This document shows positions 37,454 through 41,604 of a stretch of 41,604 nt of DNA, in pieces. Source of the stretch: Candidatus Hadarchaeota archaeon (GTDB taxonomy: Archaea > Hadarchaeota > Hadarchaeia > Hadarchaeales > Hadarchaeaceae); NCBI GenBank assembly GCA_040755315.1, contig JBFMBF010000010.1, positions 1 to 41,604 of the forward strand, written 5' to 3'. The first letter of the stretch is position 1; the number at the start of each line of letters is the position of its first letter. Position numbers and translations under genes: made by a program. The notes under the pieces are model-generated. The model did not search any database, had not been told where the DNA came from, and was given only the letters and a program-made list of their open reading frames with translations.

Positions 37454-38785
37454 CTAAAGCCTTCGGAGCGCTGCTTGTGCGGCCACCACCAGCGGCTCTA
37501 TCTCGTCGCTCACGGGCGGGGCATAGCAGTACTCCATCTGCGCAAGCTCTCCCACCTTCACGCCCCTCGCTATCCCGAAAGCCAGCAGGTCGGCGCGCTC
37601 GGCAGCCCCTTCCCCGATTATCTGGCCGCCCAGCACCCTCCCGCTCCCCCGCTCGACTATCAGCTTCACAGTTATCGGCGCGGCGCCGGGGAAGTAGCGC
37701 GGCCTGCTAGATGCCCTCACCCTCGCCGCAAAAACATCCAGCCCAACATCATTAGCTCTTGATGCAGTCAAACCCGTGGAGGCGGCCTCAAGTCCTTCGA
37801 CCGCTGTGGTGGCCGTGTTCAGGACACCCGGAAACAGTTCCTTCCCCCCAGCGGCGTTTATTCCGGCGACTCTTCCCATCCTAATGGCCGTCGTCGCGAG
37901 CTGGCTCTTCACGGGGCGCTTTGTGATCAGGCACTTTGACTCGGCGCAGTCTCCCGCCGCGTAGATGTCAGGGTCGCTCGTCCTGAGCTGCTCGTCGACC
38001 TCCACCAGTCCTGTGGGACCCAGCTTCAGTCCTGCCCTCGCGGCAAGCTCCACGTTCGGCCTGAAACCGACAGCCAGCACGACAAAGTCCGCCGGGATTT
38101 TCTTCTCTCCGGCTAAGACCGCTTCGACCTTGGTCTTTCCGATTATCTCCTTGGCGGGGGTGGAGCAGAGAACTTCAACACCAATCTTTTTGATGTGTTC
38201 GACGACAATATCCGCCATGTCTTGGTCCAGAAAGCCAGGCAGAACATTTGACAGCATCTCCACGACAGTTACGGCGAGACCACGGGCCCTGAGCGCACAC
38301 GCCACTTCAATTCCGATAAGGCCCGCCCCGATGACCACAGCGCTTTTTGCCCCGGCACTGACCATGGAGAGCACGCCAGCAGCATCCTCGCAGCTCTGCA
38401 TCGTGAAAACATTTTTCAGGTTATCCCCTGGGATTCTTGGCCTCAGGGCGATGCTTCCGGTGCCGATAATCAGCTTGTCGTATGGGATTTTTTCTGAACG
38501 CCCTGATGTGATGTCCTGGACCTCCACTACCTTCTGTTTCCTGTCTATTGATTTTGCTTCTGTTTTTGATTTGACCTCAATGCCTGGGATTTTTGATTCA
38601 ACCTCAATCAACTTATCCATGTCTGGGATTTTCCCTTCTACCAGAAACGGGAGGCCGCACGGATGGCAGGTGGCGTACGCCCTCCGTTCTATGGCGGTGA
38701 TTTTTGCATCTCGGTCAAAAAGACGCACAGCGCCGGCCGCCGTAAGCCCAGCCGACTGGAATCCTATGATGACTATTCTTGTCAT
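37454..38785 (-). CDS. FAD-dependent pyridine nucleotide-disulfide oxidoreductase (NADH oxidase/CoA-disulfide reductase family)
   Basis: PCGLP single redox Cys, YDKLIIGTGS, VIGAGLIG, IYAAGDC, YAPP. Confidence 0.88.
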   Translation of the reverse strand: MTRIVIIGFQSAGLTAAGAVRLFDRDAKITAIERRAYATCHPCGLPFLVEGKIPDMDKLIEVESKIPGIEVKSKTEAKSIDRKQKVVEVQDITSGRSEKIPYDKLIIGTGSIALRPRIPGDNLKNVFTMQSCEDAAGVLSMVSAGAKSAVVIGAGLIGIEVACALRARGLAVTVVEMLSNVLPGFLDQDMADIVVEHIKKIGVEVLCSTPAKEIIGKTKVEAVLAGEKKIPADFVVLAVGFRPNVELAARAGLKLGPTGLVEVDEQLRTSDPDIYAAGDCAESKCLITKRPVKSQLATTAIRMGRVAGINAAGGKELFPGVLNTATTAVEGLEAASTGLTASRANDVGLDVFAARVRASSRPRYFPGAAPITVKLIVERGSGRVLGGQIIGEGAAERADLLAFGIARGVKVGELAQMEYCYAPPVSDEIEPLVVAAQAALRRL

Positions 38786-40017
38786 TTGGACGTCGCTCTC
38801 ATCCTTTCGGCGGCGAGCTCAAGCGCTTCCACGGTTGGCATCTTCCCGCCGGTCAGGAAAGTTATGCTTGCCCCTCCGCCTGTGCTCACATGTTTTATCT
38901 TTTCAGCGACCCCGGCGACGCTCGCTGCAGCAACTATGTGGCCGCCCCCAAGTATCGAGTAGCCTGTGGCGTTGGCTATGGCGTTCAGAACTCCAAATGT
39001 GCCTTTTTCGAAGCCGGCCTTCTCAAAAGCCCCAAGGGGGCCGTTAGCAACAATTGTTTTGGTTTCTGAGATAACCTTGGAGTACTCTTCAACTGTCTTC
39101 GGTCCTATGTCAAGTATTTGGAACTCAGTAGGCAACTCGCTTATGGATACAACCTTTGGCTGCCCTCCGGCATTGACGACAAAGTCTGCGGGGCCGTGGA
39201 TTTTGTCCCCGTAATTTTCAATGATGTTTTTGGCGCGCTCTGCCTCCTTTTGGTAGCCTTTTGAGTTCATGAAATCAATGTTCGGCTTACCAAGGTCTGC
39301 ACCGGCCGCCACAAGCAGAGCGTTGGCCACCAGCCCGCCGGTGAGTACGGAGTCCGCTATCCCCTTTGAGAACACATTTTCAATGATTTTCAGTGAATCG
39401 TCAAACTTTGCCCCACCGAGGACGTAGGTGCATGGCCGCTCGGGGGACAGCGCCTTGCCAAGTCCCTTCAGCTCACGCTCCATGAGGCGCCCGGCGTAAG
39501 TTGGGAGAACTGCCGCAAACCCGACCAAGGAGGGGCTCGAGCGGTGAGCGGCCCCGAAGGCGTCGTTCACGTAAATCTGCCCTGAAGAGGCAATCCTCCG
39601 CACAAGAAGGGTTTTTGCGAGCTCCTCTGGCGGGCCGCTCAGGCTCTCTTCGGACAAGAGCCTCACGTTGTCTAGGAGCATTATTTCTCCGGGACGCATG
39701 AGGCTGATGGTGCCAGCGGCAATCGGCCCAAGCAATGAGAACGGGAAGTACTTCACCTCAAGACCGACAACGGCACCGAGTCTCTTCGCGTGTTTTTCCA
39801 GGGTAGTGAAGTCCTCGTCTCCGGCCCTCCCTTGGTGGGCTAGGACGACTACTTTCGCCCCTTTCATCGCAAGCTCCTTAAGGGTGGGGGCGCACTCCTT
39901 TATCCTAGTGTCGTCCAGAATGTCCCCGCTCTTGAGGTCAATTGGGGAGTTTATGTCGACGCGGACGATTACTGTTTTCCCCTTCACGTCCGCGTTGTCG
40001 AGCGTTAGGAAAGCCAT
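38782..40017 (-). CDS. pgk: Phosphoglycerate kinase
   Basis: RVDINSP, AHQGR, NDAFGAAHR, DIGPKT, STGGGA. Confidence 0.96.
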   Translation of the reverse strand: MAFLTLDNADVKGKTVIVRVDINSPIDLKSGDILDDTRIKECAPTLKELAMKGAKVVVLAHQGRAGDEDFTTLEKHAKRLGAVVGLEVKYFPFSLLGPIAAGTISLMRPGEIMLLDNVRLLSEESLSGPPEELAKTLLVRRIASSGQIYVNDAFGAAHRSSPSLVGFAAVLPTYAGRLMERELKGLGKALSPERPCTYVLGGAKFDDSLKIIENVFSKGIADSVLTGGLVANALLVAAGADLGKPNIDFMNSKGYQKEAERAKNIIENYGDKIHGPADFVVNAGGQPKVVSISELPTEFQILDIGPKTVEEYSKVISETKTIVANGPLGAFEKAGFEKGTFGVLNAIANATGYSILGGGHIVAAASVAGVAEKIKHVSTGGGASITFLTGGKMPTVEALELAAERMRATSK

Positions 40018-40189
40018 TCTTCAGCCTCAAAGCCATTTTTAGAGAGTTGGTTTAAACTTAACGGTGACGCTCGATGTTTTTCGCAAGTTGTACATGCATG
40101 GTCACAGCCGATTAAATGGCTCCATTATTAAGACGCGTTCCAATTTTGAGAAGGTTTAAAAGGCGCCGCCCCCCACCTGTTTAGATGGC

Positions 40190-40852
40190 ATGAACAGCGA
40201 AATCGAGTTCCAGACGCTCCTGCTGCTGGCGAAGCAGGGGGCGCAGGAAAGGCAGGTTGAAGTGTCGCTCAGCGAGCTTGCCAAAAGTCTTGGGGCCTCG
40301 AAACAGACTGCAGCGAGAAGACTCTCAGACCTAGAGGGCCGCGGCCTCATAACAAAAATACACCGGCCGAAAGGACAGGCCCTGCGCATAACTCCTGCGG
40401 GGCTTGCGGCTTTGAGGGCCGTCCACTCTGAGCTCGGGAAGGTCTTCAAAAGCTCTTCAGGGCCGATTAAAGTCTCCGGCATCGTCAGTGAGGGGTTAGG
40501 AGAAGGGGGTTATTACATGGCGCAGGAAAACTACAAAAGGCGCTTCAAGGAGGAGCTGGATTTCATCCCATACCCAGGGACGCTGGATGTCAGGCTGGAT
40601 GAAAAATCCTTGCCCGTGAGGGAGCTGCTCTCCAAGATGCCGGGGCGAGAGATAGCCGGTTTTGAGGAAGGGGGCCGGACTTTCGGTGCTGTCAAGTTCT
40701 TTCCGGCAAAGCTGGGGAGGGCAAAAGGGGCCGTGGTAATGCCCGCGCGCGGCCACCACAAGGACATGCTTGAGTTTGTGTCTGAGAAAAACCTTCGCAA
40801 GACCATGAAGCTGAACGACGGGGATCTGGTGGAAATTGAGGTGATCGCATGA
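40190..40852 (+). CDS. ribK: CTP-dependent riboflavin kinase with N-terminal wHTH (RbkR regulator/kinase)
   Basis: wHTH SLSELAKSLGASKQTAARRL; kinase motifs GLGEGGYY, PYPGTLD, RTFG, LNDGD. Confidence 0.9.
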   Translation: MNSEIEFQTLLLLAKQGAQERQVEVSLSELAKSLGASKQTAARRLSDLEGRGLITKIHRPKGQALRITPAGLAALRAVHSELGKVFKSSSGPIKVSGIVSEGLGEGGYYMAQENYKRRFKEELDFIPYPGTLDVRLDEKSLPVRELLSKMPGREIAGFEEGGRTFGAVKFFPAKLGRAKGAVVMPARGHHKDMLEFVSEKNLRKTMKLNDGDLVEIEVIA

Positions 40853-41538
40853 GTGTGGAAAAAGCCGTTCAGGCCATGAAAAAAGGTCTGCCTCTCCTTG
40901 TACACGATTCGGCCCACAGGGAGAACGAGGTTGACATGGTGATGAGGGCCGACGCTGTTAAACCTTCGCATGTGGCCCTGATGCGGAGGGATGGCGGAGG
41001 GCTCGTTTGTGTGGCGCTACACCCAAAAATAGCCAAAAACTTCAACCTCCCATACATGCAGGAAATTTACAGGGCGGCGAGCTCCAACTTCAGCATCCTT
41101 TCCATGGCAAAAGCCGATGACATTCCCTACGACGAGCGCTCGGCGTTCTCCATATCAGTCAACCACCGCCGCACATTCACAGGGATAACTGATGTGGACA
41201 GGGCCTTGACGATAAGTGAGTTAGGGAAGCTGGGGGCAAAGGCGCTGAACGGTTCAGCGGCGGACGAATTTGGAAAAGAGTTCAGGAGCCCCGGACATGT
41301 CCATCTTTTGATATCTACAGAAGAGATTTTGAAGGAAAGAAAGGGTCACACGGAGCTCGTGGTGGCGCTGGCAGAGCTGGCCGAGGTGACGCCGGTCGTG
41401 GCCATTTGTGAGATGCTGGACGAAAAAACCGGCAAGGCACTTTCAAAAGATGATGCGGCCAAGTATGCCAGAGAACTCGGGCTTGAGCTTCTGGACGGCG
41501 CGGACATCGCCCGAGCCTATTTAGGGAGGGGAGCCTGA
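40849..41538 (+). CDS. ribB: 3,4-dihydroxy-2-butanone-4-phosphate synthase
   Basis: RENEVD, GGGLVC, TFTGITDVDR, FRSPGHV, GHTE, ICEMLD. Confidence 0.94.
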   Translation: MSVEKAVQAMKKGLPLLVHDSAHRENEVDMVMRADAVKPSHVALMRRDGGGLVCVALHPKIAKNFNLPYMQEIYRAASSNFSILSMAKADDIPYDERSAFSISVNHRRTFTGITDVDRALTISELGKLGAKALNGSAADEFGKEFRSPGHVHLLISTEEILKERKGHTELVVALAELAEVTPVVAICEMLDEKTGKALSKDDAAKYARELGLELLDGADIARAYLGRGA

Positions 41539-41604
41539 TGCTGGTAGGAATTGTTGACACGACTTTTGCGCGGCACGACATGGCAAAAGCCGCGATGGAC
41601 GAAC
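41538..41604 (+). CDS. ribC: Archaeal riboflavin synthase, N-terminal fragment (truncated by window)
   Basis: MLVGIVDTTFARHDMA signature; ATG overlaps the ribB stop. Confidence 0.85.
   Translation, partial: MLVGIVDTTFARHDMAKAAMDE

Overview
Archaeal chromosomal core region, roughly 54% GC by eye. The Thermococcales-like uL14 N-terminus, ThiDN fusion, GTP cyclohydrolase III and CTP-dependent RbkR suggest a euryarchaeal-type lineage, possibly Hadarchaeota-like (inference). The window opens with the 3' ~40% of a 23S rRNA gene, interrupted at E. coli-equivalent position L1931 by a 412-nt group I intron (128-539) that carries an internally deleted LAGLIDADG homing endonuclease remnant. Next come an mtaB-thiDN-rps17e-ferredoxin operon, gch3 and tRNA-Ser(GGA). 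The complete archaeal S10-spc ribosomal superoperon follows on the minus strand (rtcB, SPOUT methyltransferase, rpl3 ... secY, adk, DUF106, rpl34e, cmk, rpl14e, cbf5). The rest holds aroA, ilvC, a detached rpl18e-rpl13-rps9-rpoN unit, glnA, a YgeW/AOTC-like carbamoyltransferase, purC, a TatD-family gene, a frameshifted surface protein, an Ldh_2-family dehydrogenase, a transglutaminase-like protein, an Sfm1-like methyltransferase, an NADH oxidase/CoADR-family gene, pgk and the rbkR-ribB-ribC riboflavin operon. Most notable: (1) the group I intron with a decayed homing endonuclease; (2) aIF1/SUI1, which apparently must start at a CUG codon, a candidate autoregulatory start-codon-stringency sensor; (3) a 17-bp tandem duplication that switches off a surface-protein gene; (4) an Oxa1-family DUF106 protein with an extra N-terminal TM plus extracellular domain.
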